A DNA stretch of 64,000 nt from Candidatus Fermentibacteraceae bacterium (GCA_041750285.1 JBGSZS010000008.1:32001-96000); one strand, 5' to 3'. Counted from the first letter of the stretch, positions 9,399 through 19,819 are shown. A program made the numbers and translations. The notes: generated from the sequence alone by a model not told the origin.

Positions 9399-10940
9399 AT
9401 GTCCTTAAAAAGCTCTATCAACGATTTCTTCGGAAGGGTTGCCAGGCTCATCAAGGGCGGGGGGGACGAAGCCCTTGAGAAGCAGAGAAAGCAGGGCAAA
9501 CTCTCCGCCAGGGAACGGCTCGACGGCATCCTCGACCCTGGAAGCCTTTTCGAGACCGATCTTTTTGTTGAGCACTCCGCGACCGACTTCGGAATGGACA
9601 GCAAGAAACTCGCCGGCGACGGTGTCGTAACGGGTTTCGGCATGGTCGACGGAAGGCCGGTCTCGATATTCGCCCAGGACTTCACCGTTGCGGGAGGATC
9701 ACTGGGAAGGGCGCACGCGGGCAAGATCGTGAAGATAATGGATGCCTCCATGGCTCGAAGGATCCCCCTGATAGGCATCAACGACTCCGGTGGCGCCAGG
9801 ATACAGGAAGGTGTCGATTCGCTTTGCGGGTACGGCGACATCTTCTACAGGAACACAAGGCTCAGCGGCGTTGTTCCGCAGCTATCGCTCATTCTGGGGC
9901 CATGTGCGGGCGGTGCGGTCTACTCGCCTGCCCTGACGGATTTCGTCTTCGTCGTGAACAAGGTGTCCAACATGTTCATAACCGGCCCCCAGGTGATCAA
10001 GGCGGTGCTTGGCGAGGAGATCAGCCAGGAGGAACTCGGCGGCGCCATGACCCAGGCCTCGATAACGGGCAATGCCCATTTCTACGCGGAGAGCGAGTAC
10101 GAGGCCTTTGATCAGATCAGAAAACTGCTGTCGTTCCTTCCCTCGAACTGCCTTGAACCGGCACCCGAACACAAGCCTGCCGAACCATCCAGGCCCCTCA
10201 GGGACAACATCATACCTGAAGACCGCCGCAAGGCTTTCGATGTCCATGACGTGATCCGGGGCATTGTCGACGGGTCCGACTTCCTCGAGGTTCACAGCCA
10301 CTACGCTGGAAACATCGTTGTCGGTTTCGCACGGCTCGCCGGCAGATCGGTGGGCATCATCGCCAATCAGCCCAGGGTGCTGGCAGGCGTCCTCGACGTG
10401 AACGCCTCTGACAAGGCGGCGCGGTTCATAAGGTTCTGCGACGCCTTCAACATCCCTCTCCTCACGTTCGTGGACACGCCGGGGTATCTCCCGGGAGTTG
10501 ACCAGGAACACTCCGGCGTCATCAGGCATGGGGCAAAACTGCTCTACGCATACAGCGAAGCCATGGTCCCGAAACTCACCGTGATCATGCGCAAGGCATA
10601 CGGCGGCGCATATATAGCAATGTGCAGCAGACACCTTGGGGCGGATCTCGTCCTTGCCTGGCCCACTGCCGAAATAGCGGTGATGGGCTCCGAGGGTGCT
10701 GCCAACATCATCTTCCGCAAGGAGATAATGGAGAGTTCCGACCCCGAGGCCACGAGGGCCGAAAAGGTGAAAGAGTACGAGACGAAGTTCGCCAATCCCT
10801 ACGTTGCAGCTTCCCGGGGTTACGTAGACATGATCTGCCCGCCATCCGACACCAGAAAAGCCCTTGTGAACGCCATGGAGTACGCGGGGGGCACAGATCC
10901 CGGAAACTCCTTCCGCCGTCACGGCAACATTCCCCTTTAA
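9399..10940 (+). CDS. Acyl-CoA carboxylase carboxyltransferase subunit (propionyl-CoA carboxylase beta / methylmalonyl-CoA decarboxylase alpha family)
   Basis: GKLSARERL, DGVVTG, DSGGARIQEG, GPCAGGAVYSPALTDF, RKAYGGAY, HGNIPL. Confidence 0.95.
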   Translation: MSLKSSINDFFGRVARLIKGGGDEALEKQRKQGKLSARERLDGILDPGSLFETDLFVEHSATDFGMDSKKLAGDGVVTGFGMVDGRPVSIFAQDFTVAGGSLGRAHAGKIVKIMDASMARRIPLIGINDSGGARIQEGVDSLCGYGDIFYRNTRLSGVVPQLSLILGPCAGGAVYSPALTDFVFVVNKVSNMFITGPQVIKAVLGEEISQEELGGAMTQASITGNAHFYAESEYEAFDQIRKLLSFLPSNCLEPAPEHKPAEPSRPLRDNIIPEDRRKAFDVHDVIRGIVDGSDFLEVHSHYAGNIVVGFARLAGRSVGIIANQPRVLAGVLDVNASDKAARFIRFCDAFNIPLLTFVDTPGYLPGVDQEHSGVIRHGAKLLYAYSEAMVPKLTVIMRKAYGGAYIAMCSRHLGADLVLAWPTAEIAVMGSEGAANIIFRKEIMESSDPEATRAEKVKEYETKFANPYVAASRGYVDMICPPSDTRKALVNAMEYAGGTDPGNSFRRHGNIPL

Positions 10941-10952
10941 GGGAGGCGGAAC

Positions 10953-11258
10953 ATGGATTCGAAGCTTGTCATCGACGACACGGCATACGAAACAGAGATT
11001 CCCGGGAACTCACTTCGGCGGGGCCGGCCGGCCGCCGATCCCGAGATCGTGAAGGCATTCATCCCCGGCACCATAGTAGCGGTGCGGACAAAGACGGGGG
11101 AAAGGGTCAGGGAGGGCGACACACTCCTCCTTCTGGACGCCATGAAGATGCACAACGAGGTGTGCTCCGCCGTGAACGGAGTTGTGCGGGAACTCCTGGT
11201 GGCAACGGGCGACAAGGTGGAAAAGGGCCAGCTTCTCGTCAGGCTCCGAAAGGACTGA
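10953..11258 (+). CDS. Biotin carboxyl carrier protein
   Basis: AFIPGTI...GDTLLLLDAMKMHNEV (biotinylation MKM motif). Confidence 0.9.
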   Translation: MDSKLVIDDTAYETEIPGNSLRRGRPAADPEIVKAFIPGTIVAVRTKTGERVREGDTLLLLDAMKMHNEVCSAVNGVVRELLVATGDKVEKGQLLVRLRKD

Positions 11259-11279
11259 GAGCCTCTTTACCAATGGATG

Positions 11280-11316
11280 AAAAAAAAGGGGGCGGCCCGG
11301 AAGGACCGCCCCCTTT
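11280..11316. terminator. Bidirectional rho-independent terminator
   Basis: A-run, GGGGGCGG...CCGCCCCC, TTT between convergent genes. Confidence 0.85.
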
Positions 11317-11326
11317 CGCAAAACCC

Positions 11327-12619
11327 TTACTGCTGCTGCCGGCGGAGCTCCTCCGCCTTCTCCATTGCCTGGATGGCAAGCTGTCTGCGGCCGAGCCGGC
11401 TGTAGGTCGAGGCCAGGTAATCGTAGTACATCGCGTTCTGAGGATCGTACTGGATGGCGGTCAGAAGCGCCTCGAGGGAGACCTGGTCCCGCTCCAGCCT
11501 GCTGTTGTTTACGAACACCATGTAGTTGAGGTTGCCCATCTCCTCCGGAGTGAGCCCGGGAAGTGCAAGGGCCTGGTCAAGAACGGCAAGTGACTGCTCA
11601 TACCTTTCGAGAACGACGTTGGCATGGGCAATGGTTGCCAGGACATCGTAACTGTCGCCTATAAGGCCCCGGCTTGCCTCGAGCTGGGTGAGAGCTTCCT
11701 CGCTGCGCTCCATCTCAAGAAGTGCGAATCCCCTTGTGAGGTAGAGCGCTCCCCGCATCGATGCCGATTCCTCGGCAGTGATCCATCCCTCGGTCTCGCC
11801 CAGGAGGATCGACTGCTCGGCATTGTCGTAGACAGCCAGCGCTTCGTCGTACCTGCCCTGAACCAGGAGGATCTCGGCCTTGGTTTCAAGAAGATCGGGG
11901 TTGGTCGGATCGAGGATGAGGCCGGCATCGAGGATGGAAACAGCCCTGGTTGCGTGGGCCTCCTTCTGGGCTTCGTCTTCGGATCTGAGGTAGAGGTTCT
12001 CGAGTATCCTGGCCGAGTTGTAGCAGGAAAGGACCGCGCCGGAGAGAACCCTGTAGTACTCGTTCTCGAGGTATTCGAGCCTTGCTGGGTCGGCCTCGAT
12101 GCCTTTCTGGGCTTCGAGGTCGGCCACCATGGCGTTTCCGAGTGCGAAGGCTTCGTCGAAGCGGTCAAGGGCCTCTTCGACCTGACCCTGATTGACGAGA
12201 ATGTCGCCGAGCATCTGGGGGAACTCAGGCCTGTCAGGGGCGATCATGGCTCCCGTCGAAAGCATCTCCTGTGCGCCCGGAATGTCGCCGGCCGTGAACC
12301 GGCTGTTGGCGGTGTTGTAAAAGACGGTCCAGAAATCAGCGATTTCAGCCTGGCGGGCGGGATCAAGCCTGTAGGTCTCGCTGAAAGCCTCGGCGGAGTT
12401 CTCCCAGTCATGGATGAAGCTGTGGGCTCTGGCCTTCCAGTACCACACGTCGGCATTGGCGGCTTCCGGGCCTGCCAGGACACTGTCTGCCAATGCTATC
12501 GCCCGTTCGTAGTCACCGTTCTGGATATGGACCTTGATCCCCGTGATCGCGGGGGAGGAGCACCCGGATACCGCGATCAGCGAAACCACCAGGGCAACCG
12601 TCACTATGCCTTTTAACAA
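11327..12619 (-). CDS. TPR-repeat lipoprotein
   Basis: TTG start with GGAGGG RBS; lipobox VSGC; repeated TPR motifs (YRLDP, ILDPTNP, QYDPQNA). Confidence 0.8.
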   Translation of the reverse strand: MLKGIVTVALVVSLIAVSGCSSPAITGIKVHIQNGDYERAIALADSVLAGPEAANADVWYWKARAHSFIHDWENSAEAFSETYRLDPARQAEIADFWTVFYNTANSRFTAGDIPGAQEMLSTGAMIAPDRPEFPQMLGDILVNQGQVEEALDRFDEAFALGNAMVADLEAQKGIEADPARLEYLENEYYRVLSGAVLSCYNSARILENLYLRSEDEAQKEAHATRAVSILDAGLILDPTNPDLLETKAEILLVQGRYDEALAVYDNAEQSILLGETEGWITAEESASMRGALYLTRGFALLEMERSEEALTQLEASRGLIGDSYDVLATIAHANVVLERYEQSLAVLDQALALPGLTPEEMGNLNYMVFVNNSRLERDQVSLEALLTAIQYDPQNAMYYDYLASTYSRLGRRQLAIQAMEKAEELRRQQQ

Positions 12620-12732
12620 TTCGACCCTCCGTTCCAAAGGTAGAGGCTGGTTTGCTTGCATTTCTGTTCAGTGGGTTTGAAAAGACATGGTAATCTCGCC
12701 GTTTCAACGGTTCAAGTCAACACTGGAGGGGG

Positions 12733-12761
12733 TTGACTCGGATGGCTTTCCCGTGCAGAAT
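12733..12761 (+). promoter_or_regulatory. Putative promoter of the L,D-transpeptidase
   Basis: TTGACT-N17-CAGAAT. Confidence 0.45.
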
Positions 12762-12785
12762 TCAAACCCCATGGAGGTTTGATAT

Positions 12786-13235
12786 ATGGCGATTTTTGCG
12801 GGTACGGCTGCCTGGGTCCTGTCAGGTCTTATCTATGCGTCGTGCTCCACGGGCGTCATGCCGGGTCCGGAGCCGGAAGGCCAGAGAAGGGCTTCGGTCC
12901 GTGTGGAACACCAGTACATCATCTTCCAGGAGGGCGAAAGAGAAGCCAATCTTGCACTTGTGTCAACGGGGAGGCCGCCGCACTTCAATACCCCGACGGG
13001 TGATTTCACGGTCCTCTACCGTCTCAGGAACCCGATGTCAAGCACTTACCACGTCAGAATGCCGTACTGGCTCTGCATCGTGCCAAGCGGAGCCATAGGC
13101 CTGCACCAGGCTGGCGGCAGTGCCGAATCGAGGCTGGGAGAACCCCTTTCCCATGGTTGCGTGCGGTTGGGCAGGTTCACCGCGGAATGGGCATACACAT
13201 GGATGCCCACAGGGGCCCCGGTCAGCATTCATTGA
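12786..13235 (+). CDS. L,D-transpeptidase (YkuD family)
   Basis: VSTG...TPTGDF, MPYW, GLH...SHGCVRL catalytic motif. Confidence 0.9.
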   Translation: MAIFAGTAAWVLSGLIYASCSTGVMPGPEPEGQRRASVRVEHQYIIFQEGEREANLALVSTGRPPHFNTPTGDFTVLYRLRNPMSSTYHVRMPYWLCIVPSGAIGLHQAGGSAESRLGEPLSHGCVRLGRFTAEWAYTWMPTGAPVSIH

Positions 13236-14244
13236 TCCTCTCAGATACATCCCGGAGCTTCTGGGCGCACGAGTCCGCCATTACGAGGGTTGCGGTGTCG
13301 GTGCAAACGACCGATACGTTCCTGAGCCCCATGATCACAGTGAGCCTTCCGGTGGCATCGTAGACAAGTGTGTTTTCCGAATCCACGAGAACGGTCTCTC
13401 CCCGCGAGACGCCGGCGTCCCTGGCACCCGGCCAGTCGCCGATGTCGCTCCATTGGAACGATGCCGGCACAACAGCCGCGTTCACTGCCTTCTCCATGAC
13501 ACCAACATCCACGGATACCGCGGGAAGGGAACCGAAGACTTCACGGTCGGGACGGGTGCACCGTCCAAGTCCGGCCAGACCCTGGAGAAGAGCGGGCATG
13601 TGTTCACCGATCGCCTTCAGTATCGCTGATACCTTCCATACGAACATGCCAGAGTTCCAGAGGTAGGACCCGCTTTCCAGAAAACTCCTGGCTGTGTCCG
13701 GGTCTGGTTTCTCCCTGAACGACTTCACACTGAACACACCGTCCGAGATCTCGGCCCCCTTCTCGATGTAGCCGTAACCGGTGGCGGGGTGGCCGGGGGT
13801 TATCCCCATGGTGACAAGGCATCCCGTTCCAGCGGCTGAGACTGCAGCACGGGAGGTTCTTTCGAACTCCTCGAGCGGGTGGATCCAGTGGTCGCTGGCC
13901 ATGACCAGCATGGTTGCGTTTCCGTGACCCCTGCAGGCCAGAACCGACGCCGCCCACCCGATGCAGGGCGCTGTGTTCCTGCCAACCGGTTCGAGAAGAA
14001 GGTTTTCGGCACCGAGCCAGGGCAGTTGCCCAAGAACGATGTCTTCATGCTCACTTCCAGCGACCACAAGCATCTTGTCCCGTCCGCAGACCCCGGCGAG
14101 CCTTTCCGCCGTGAGTTGAAGCATTGTCCCACCGGGCAGCAGATCGAGGAATTGCTTTGGTCTTGCGGGCGTTGAGAGGGGCCAGAACCTGGTACCCTTT
14201 CCGCCGGCCATGATCACGCCGAACACGTCGGTATTCTTCGTCAT
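13222..14244 (-). CDS. manC: Mannose-1-phosphate guanylyltransferase
   Basis: IMAGGKGTRFWPLS...PKQFL, EPVGRNTAP, TGYGYI, FREKP, WNSGMF, WSDIGDW. Confidence 0.93.
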   Translation of the reverse strand: MTKNTDVFGVIMAGGKGTRFWPLSTPARPKQFLDLLPGGTMLQLTAERLAGVCGRDKMLVVAGSEHEDIVLGQLPWLGAENLLLEPVGRNTAPCIGWAASVLACRGHGNATMLVMASDHWIHPLEEFERTSRAAVSAAGTGCLVTMGITPGHPATGYGYIEKGAEISDGVFSVKSFREKPDPDTARSFLESGSYLWNSGMFVWKVSAILKAIGEHMPALLQGLAGLGRCTRPDREVFGSLPAVSVDVGVMEKAVNAAVVPASFQWSDIGDWPGARDAGVSRGETVLVDSENTLVYDATGRLTVIMGLRNVSVVCTDTATLVMADSCAQKLRDVSERINEC

Positions 14245-15014
14245 CCCTTCATCACCGCCTTCCAGGAGCCCGGGGCGGCATGAAGCCTTCCACCAAGGGC
14301 ATCGGAGACAAGGCATGCCTGCTTTCCGGGCATGAACAGGATTTCCCAGGAACCAAGAAGAATGGGACCCTCGGTTCTTTCCAGGGTGTAGGCGCCGCCA
14401 TCGATGGATGAACCGGTTGGCAGAACCGGTCTTCCCCCCCTCTCCCAGTCCACTGCGTCGAGTCCCTGGCGGATGTGAAGGGGTCTGGGCGAGCCGTCCG
14501 AGCCCTTTCTTCCCCAGTCCCACAAGCGGTAGGTGATGTCACAGTTGAGCTGAACTTCCAGAACCGACATTCCCGCCCCCAGGGAATGGACAGTTCCTGC
14601 AGGGAGGTGCAGGGTCATCCCCGGCGACGCCTCGAATGCCTTCATGGCCTCTGCCGGATTCCCCGATGAAACGGCCCGCTCGAAGTCGCTGCGGGAAACG
14701 CCGGGAAGGATGCCCGCACGGATGGTGCCGTGGCCGGAGAGCACGATCCAGGTCTCATCCTTTCTGGGAAAGCACCCCCCGGAACCTGGATGAACCTGCA
14801 CGGAAAGGTCTGCGGCAGTATGGAGAGTCTTCACCAGAAGCGGAAAGCGCGAATCGGGCCATATGGAGGCAAGCTCGGTCCTCTCCCCGCCCGAGAGGGG
14901 CTCGAGCGCGGTCGAACCCCCGGGATCATCGTAGACCCACCAGACCTCGCCGATACTCCCGGGAAGGGCGCCCCACACCCTTGCAACGTTTCTGGGAACA
15001 CACCTGTAGATCAT
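14241..15014 (-). CDS. manA: Mannose-6-phosphate isomerase, class I (short form)
   Basis: LLVKTL...LSVQVHP, KDETW, AGTVHSLG, EVQLNCDITYRLWDWGR. Confidence 0.85.
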   Translation of the reverse strand: MIYRCVPRNVARVWGALPGSIGEVWWVYDDPGGSTALEPLSGGERTELASIWPDSRFPLLVKTLHTAADLSVQVHPGSGGCFPRKDETWIVLSGHGTIRAGILPGVSRSDFERAVSSGNPAEAMKAFEASPGMTLHLPAGTVHSLGAGMSVLEVQLNCDITYRLWDWGRKGSDGSPRPLHIRQGLDAVDWERGGRPVLPTGSSIDGGAYTLERTEGPILLGSWEILFMPGKQACLVSDALGGRLHAAPGSWKAVMKG

Positions 15015-15706
15015 CTTCTCCCCCTCGCGGCCCCGGCGAATCCTCCCGCCAGCGCCGGACCGGTGGAATCCCTCTCGGGATGCCACTGTACGGCCGTGAC
15101 AAGCCCGTCGGCCGACTCAATGGCCTCAATCACCCCGTCAACGCTGCATGCCGTCCAGCGAAAACCGTCAGGCACCCTCTCAATGGCCTGATGATGTGAA
15201 CTGTGCACGATTGCCTCCCCCCCGAGCAGTGCGCGAAGGCGCGATCCGGTTGACAGGCTGACCCCGTGAGAACCGCAGCGGTGGTCGATCGGACCCTCAA
15301 CCGAAGCCGGGATGTGCTGTACAAGCGCTACACCCTCGGCGATCGCCACAAGCTGCATGCCGAGGCATATGGCCAGGATCGGGATACCGGCCGACCTTGC
15401 TTCACGGTAGAGATCCATCTCCCACAACGGCCTGTGGGTCTCGGGATCGAGGCTTCCCTGATCGCTTCGGCCATAGAGATCGGGAGCGGGGTCACCGCCA
15501 CCGGTCATGACAAGCCCGTCAAGACCGGTGAGCCTTCCGGCGGTCGTGCAGTCCCCCCCGGGAAGAAGCCCGACGGGCACAGCCCCCATGCCGTCAAGGA
15601 GCCTGAGGTAACAGTGGTTGAGCGTGTACCTCCATGGTCCGTAAACCGGTGTCCGCTCAGGGGAGTTGGCCTCCCAGAACATCGTCATCCCGATTCTGAG
15701 CGTCAC
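15011..15706 (-). CDS. Class I glutamine amidotransferase, peptidase C26 / PuuD-like
   Basis: TGGGD, ICLGMQ, SSHHQA, QWHPE. Confidence 0.9.
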   Translation of the reverse strand: MTLRIGMTMFWEANSPERTPVYGPWRYTLNHCYLRLLDGMGAVPVGLLPGGDCTTAGRLTGLDGLVMTGGGDPAPDLYGRSDQGSLDPETHRPLWEMDLYREARSAGIPILAICLGMQLVAIAEGVALVQHIPASVEGPIDHRCGSHGVSLSTGSRLRALLGGEAIVHSSHHQAIERVPDGFRWTACSVDGVIEAIESADGLVTAVQWHPERDSTGPALAGGFAGAARGRR

Positions 15707-16602
15707 AGCGCAGTCATTCTCTCAAGCGCTCTGCGGGCGCGCTCGGCATGTTCTTCGGGAACGATGATCCCGGGGTCCGGCGAATCAAGGGCCCTGAAGA
15801 CCATGTCCGGCGTCGCACGTCGCATGTCGGCGCACGTGATCCCGCCGGCAGCCATGAACTCACGGTCGGGAAAGAGCGTTGACAGTCTGTAGAGCATTCC
15901 CTCTTCCGTTCCGATTATGAACCTGCCCGCTCTGGATTCGGAGACGAACCGGATCATTCCACCCGTGCCAAGAACGCTGTCGGCTTCCCTCCAGAACACG
16001 GGAGGAGTCTCGGGATGAACCAGTACGACAGCATCGGGCCACTGCTGCTTAGCGCGGCGAAGGTCCCTGATGTCGGCTCCGGCGTGTGCGTGACACCCGC
16101 CGGGCCATGGGATGACGTTTCGTCCCGACTCCTGCGCGGCAAAAGCCGCAAGGTTCCTGTCCGGAGCGAAGAGCACGTCACCCTCGGGAGCCGCGCGTAC
16201 AACGCTTACCGCATTGGCGCTCGTGCAGCATGCCCAGCTTTCGGCCTTCACCTCCACCGATGAGTTCACATAGGTCACCAGGGACGCGCCGGGATGGCCG
16301 GCTTTCCATTCCCTGGCGTCACGGCCGCTCATGCATGCCGCGAGGGAACAGTCCGCTCCCGGTGACACAAGCCTTACCACGCTTTGGGGCGAGAGGATCT
16401 TGGCTGTCTCGGCCATGAACCTGACCCCGCAGAATACAACGAGTGGAGCCCGTGCAGCCATGGCTGACCGGGACAGCTCAAGGCTGTCGCCCACCTCGTC
16501 GGCCAGGTCCTGAATCTCCGGGGGCTGATAGCTGTGGGCAAGGATCAGGGCCCCAAGCCGGTCCTTCAGCCCTATCAAAGCTTTGGCATCGTAAGGCATC
16601 AC
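15703..16602 (-). CDS. nadA: Quinolinate synthase
   Basis: LAHSYQ, GDSLEL, FCGVRFMAETAKIL, YVNSS, CTSANA, and three Fe-S cysteines (DCSLA, GCHAH, TCADM). Confidence 0.95.
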   Translation of the reverse strand: MMPYDAKALIGLKDRLGALILAHSYQPPEIQDLADEVGDSLELSRSAMAARAPLVVFCGVRFMAETAKILSPQSVVRLVSPGADCSLAACMSGRDAREWKAGHPGASLVTYVNSSVEVKAESWACCTSANAVSVVRAAPEGDVLFAPDRNLAAFAAQESGRNVIPWPGGCHAHAGADIRDLRRAKQQWPDAVVLVHPETPPVFWREADSVLGTGGMIRFVSESRAGRFIIGTEEGMLYRLSTLFPDREFMAAGGITCADMRRATPDMVFRALDSPDPGIIVPEEHAERARRALERMTAL

Positions 16603-17576
16603 CCCTCCGTTCCAAGGATCATCCCTGCGCCGAGCACGGTTTCACCATCGCTGTCACTGTAGAAAACCGCGGTCTGTCCAGGCGCAACGGCCATCTGGGG
16701 TCTTTGAAAACCGACGGAAAGAACGTCCCGGTCGCGGCGGATTACGGCCGGAGCGGCCCTGTGCCTCGAACGCACCTGCACCAGGGCTTTGAACTCGGAG
16801 AGGGCGGGAAGGCCGAGATCGTTGATCCCGCAAACGGTGCAGCCCCTCGAGAAGAGGTTGCGTTCCCCGCCCACATAAAGGCGGTTTGTCTCCACTTCCA
16901 GCCTTACCACGTACATGGGGCGGCCATGGGCTCCGATACCGCGTCTCTGGCCGACCGTGAATCCCCCGAGTCCCGGATGAGTTCCAACCGTTTCGCCTTC
17001 CACGGTCAGGATCTCACCAGGCTCACCGGAACCACAGAGGTCGAAGCACAGGTCCTGACTCTCCCGCTCCAAAAATGGAAGCCCCGCCCTGGCAACAAGG
17101 TCCCTGACCCGGGCCTTGAGCATCGTTCCCAGGGGAAACGAGCACCTGGAGAGGATGGATTGCGGAACCATCGCAAGGAAGTAGCTCTGATCCTTGCCTG
17201 TATCCATGGCCCGTGTCAGGCTGGAGTCCCGCAGTGCAGCGTAATGACCCGTTACGATGGTCTCTCCGGGTTTCAGCATTGAGAAGGCTGAAGCAAGTTT
17301 GACCGTTGCGTTGCACAGGACGCATGGATTCGGTGTCAGCCCGTTCCTGCAGGCTTCTTCAGAGGGGCGCCTTACATTCTGCCGGAACAGCTCTGCCGAA
17401 TCCCTGACAAGAAGCTCCACGCCAAGACTTCCGGCTGATTCCAGCGCCTGTCCCGGAGGGCCGCTGCCCCTCGTATCAAGGTAGACGGCCCTTACCGAAT
17501 CCCATTCTTCACGGCAGATCATCATGGCAGCGGTTGAGTCCACGCCCCCCGAGAGGCAGACCAGGGCTTCACGCAC
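16599..17576 (-). CDS. mnmA: tRNA-specific 2-thiouridylase
   Basis: LSGGVDS, TPNPCVLCN, TGHYA, KDQSYFL, ESQDLCF, TVGQRRG, VAPGQ. Confidence 0.93.
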   Translation of the reverse strand: MREALVCLSGGVDSTAAMMICREEWDSVRAVYLDTRGSGPPGQALESAGSLGVELLVRDSAELFRQNVRRPSEEACRNGLTPNPCVLCNATVKLASAFSMLKPGETIVTGHYAALRDSSLTRAMDTGKDQSYFLAMVPQSILSRCSFPLGTMLKARVRDLVARAGLPFLERESQDLCFDLCGSGEPGEILTVEGETVGTHPGLGGFTVGQRRGIGAHGRPMYVVRLEVETNRLYVGGERNLFSRGCTVCGINDLGLPALSEFKALVQVRSRHRAAPAVIRRDRDVLSVGFQRPQMAVAPGQTAVFYSDSDGETVLGAGMILGTEG

Positions 17577-18786
17577 CGAACTTTTCCAGCCTTCCCGCCG
17601 AAGCAAGGAGCAGGGGCATCAGATCAAGTGACTCTATCGTGCCAAGAGCGCCCGAAGCGGCCTCGCGTTCGGAAAAACCACCGCTCCACCCCACACGCTG
17701 ATGTCCTCCGTGGATAAGCAGGGGAACCGGGTGCCAGCTGTGCTGCTTCATGGGGCACGGTGTACTGTGGTCACCCGTGACCGCCACCACGTCGAAGCCG
17801 GTCCTGATGAAACCGGGCAGTGCATTGTCGAAATCCTCCAATGCCGAGATCTTGCGTTTCCAGTCCCCATCCTCGCCGGCGCTGTCGGTGTACTTGTGGT
17901 GAAGGAAGACAAAGTCGTGCCCGAGGGTGAGAGCCCTATCAACCGCGGCGACCTGTCCGGAAAGGTCGCCGGGTGAAGACTCGAGAAGGGTCATTCCCAG
18001 AAGTGAGGCAAGGCCCCGGTACATCGGATAAAGGGCAACTGCAGCGGGATTGAGGCGGAACCTTTCACCGAAGCTCCTGTAGGTTCGGTTAAGGGCGATC
18101 CCCCTCAAAAGGACTCCGTTCGCTCGTGGCTGATCCTTCAGCATCCTTTGAGCCTGGCGGATGAACTCCCCCACCACTTCAGCTGTCCGGGCGCACTCCC
18201 GGGAAGGCGATACGACCGGCAGGGGTTTCAGACCAACAGCTCCGGGATCGGTGTCGGAGAGACCATCCCGCAATCCCTCCCCCCTGAACACGACGCAGGC
18301 GCGGTGCTCCTTAACCGGGCGAACCATCACCTGAACACCGGGAATCGTTATGGCATCCAGCCTCTCCGCAAGGACGGCGCTCTCACCGGTCGGAATCCTC
18401 CCTGCCCTGCGGTCCGTTATCACACCTTCCCCGTCGAGGGTGCAGAAATTGATGCGGGCAGCCAGGTCACCCATCTCGAGGGGGAACCCTATTCCCAATA
18501 CCTCAAGCACGCCCCTGCCTATCAGATTGTCGACAGGATCGTATCCGAAAAGGGCCATGTGCGCGGGGCCGCTGCCCGGGGTTATCCCCTGGGCCACGGG
18601 CACGTGCTGGCCTATCGCGCCGTCGCGGGCCAGGGCGTCGAGATTGGGGATGTCTGCGGCCTCCATGGGGGTTCTTCCACCAAGTTCCGGAACGCTTACG
18701 TCTCCCAGACCGTCAAGCACGGCAAGCAGGATCCTTCCCCCGCGGGGAAGAACAAGGCTCTCCGCCAGTTCAATGGATCTGCCCAT
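17569..18786 (-). CDS. apgM: 2,3-bisphosphoglycerate-independent phosphoglycerate mutase, archaeal type
   Basis: LDGLGD, TPGSGPAH, GRGVLE, DRRAGRI, TDSAGEDG, TGDHSTP, HSWHPVP. Confidence 0.93.
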   Translation of the reverse strand: MGRSIELAESLVLPRGGRILLAVLDGLGDVSVPELGGRTPMEAADIPNLDALARDGAIGQHVPVAQGITPGSGPAHMALFGYDPVDNLIGRGVLEVLGIGFPLEMGDLAARINFCTLDGEGVITDRRAGRIPTGESAVLAERLDAITIPGVQVMVRPVKEHRACVVFRGEGLRDGLSDTDPGAVGLKPLPVVSPSRECARTAEVVGEFIRQAQRMLKDQPRANGVLLRGIALNRTYRSFGERFRLNPAAVALYPMYRGLASLLGMTLLESSPGDLSGQVAAVDRALTLGHDFVFLHHKYTDSAGEDGDWKRKISALEDFDNALPGFIRTGFDVVAVTGDHSTPCPMKQHSWHPVPLLIHGGHQRVGWSGGFSEREAASGALGTIESLDLMPLLLASAGRLEKFGA

Positions 18787-18787
18787 T

Positions 18788-19819
18788 TCACCCCTCCTTG
18801 AAGACAACACCGTGACCCGGAGTGATCCTCCCGGCCAGAAACGGTCTCTCACCTGCATCAGTGAGACTCTCCATGACACTGCGGGGCTCGGAGGTGACAA
18901 GCAGGAAACCCGCCCCCATGTTGAATGCAAGCCTCATCTCCGCCGGGGCTATCGCTCCCTTTTTCGCTATGAGGTCGAAGACGGGAGGGACGGGCCATGT
19001 GCCGTCGATGATCGCTCCCAGTCCATCGGGGAGGATCCTCACGAGGTTGCCGGGGATCCCGCCCCCGGTGATGTGCGCCATGCCTGTGACCATGTTCCGG
19101 GCAAGCAGGGGAGAAACAGCGCTGAGGTAGCTTCTGTGAACGGCCAGCAGGGCCTCTCCCACTGAGGCTCCGAGCAGTTCGTCGGGTCTGTCAGCAAGAG
19201 CGAAGCCGCTGATCTCGAGCAGCACCCTGCGGGCCAGTGAGTAGCCGTTCGTGTGAAGGCCGGTCGAGGGCAGTCCGACTATTGAGTCCCCGGCGGTCAC
19301 GGCGCTTCCGTCAACAACGGAGCCCTCTTCCACAACTCCCACGATGGTGCCCGCCACATCGTAGTCGCCGGGGCTGTAAAAGCCCGGCATCTCTGCTGTT
19401 TCGCCGCCAAGCAGGGCGCAGTGGTTTTCGAGACAGGCGCCGGCCATCCCGGTGACTATCCGGGCTGCCGTGACCGCCGAAAGTGACCCGCAGGCAATGT
19501 AGTCCATGAAGAACAGGGGTGACGCTCCCTGCACGAGTATGTCGTTCACGCAGTGGTTCACCAGGTCGGCGCCCACGGTGGAGTAATCCCCCGCCATGGA
19601 GGCGACCTTGAGCTTCGTTCCCACGCCGTCGGTGCTTGCCACGAGAACGGGATTCTTCATCCCGGGAAAATCGGCACGGAAGAGGCCTCCGAAATGGCCG
19701 AGATCGGAAAGGACCCTTTCGTTGAAGGTCCTCTTCACCTCGGATCTCATCAGTGACACTGCCCTGTTGCCCTCTTCTATGTCCACGCCGCTCTTCCTGT
19801 AATCGAGGGGAGCCATCAC
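18788..19819 (-). CDS. purM: Phosphoribosylformylglycinamidine cyclo-ligase
   Basis: YRKSGVDI, STDGVGTK, GGETAEMP, GLHTNGYSL, HITGGG, FNMG. Confidence 0.97.
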   Translation of the reverse strand: MMAPLDYRKSGVDIEEGNRAVSLMRSEVKRTFNERVLSDLGHFGGLFRADFPGMKNPVLVASTDGVGTKLKVASMAGDYSTVGADLVNHCVNDILVQGASPLFFMDYIACGSLSAVTAARIVTGMAGACLENHCALLGGETAEMPGFYSPGDYDVAGTIVGVVEEGSVVDGSAVTAGDSIVGLPSTGLHTNGYSLARRVLLEISGFALADRPDELLGASVGEALLAVHRSYLSAVSPLLARNMVTGMAHITGGGIPGNLVRILPDGLGAIIDGTWPVPPVFDLIAKKGAIAPAEMRLAFNMGAGFLLVTSEPRSVMESLTDAGERPFLAGRITPGHGVVFKEG

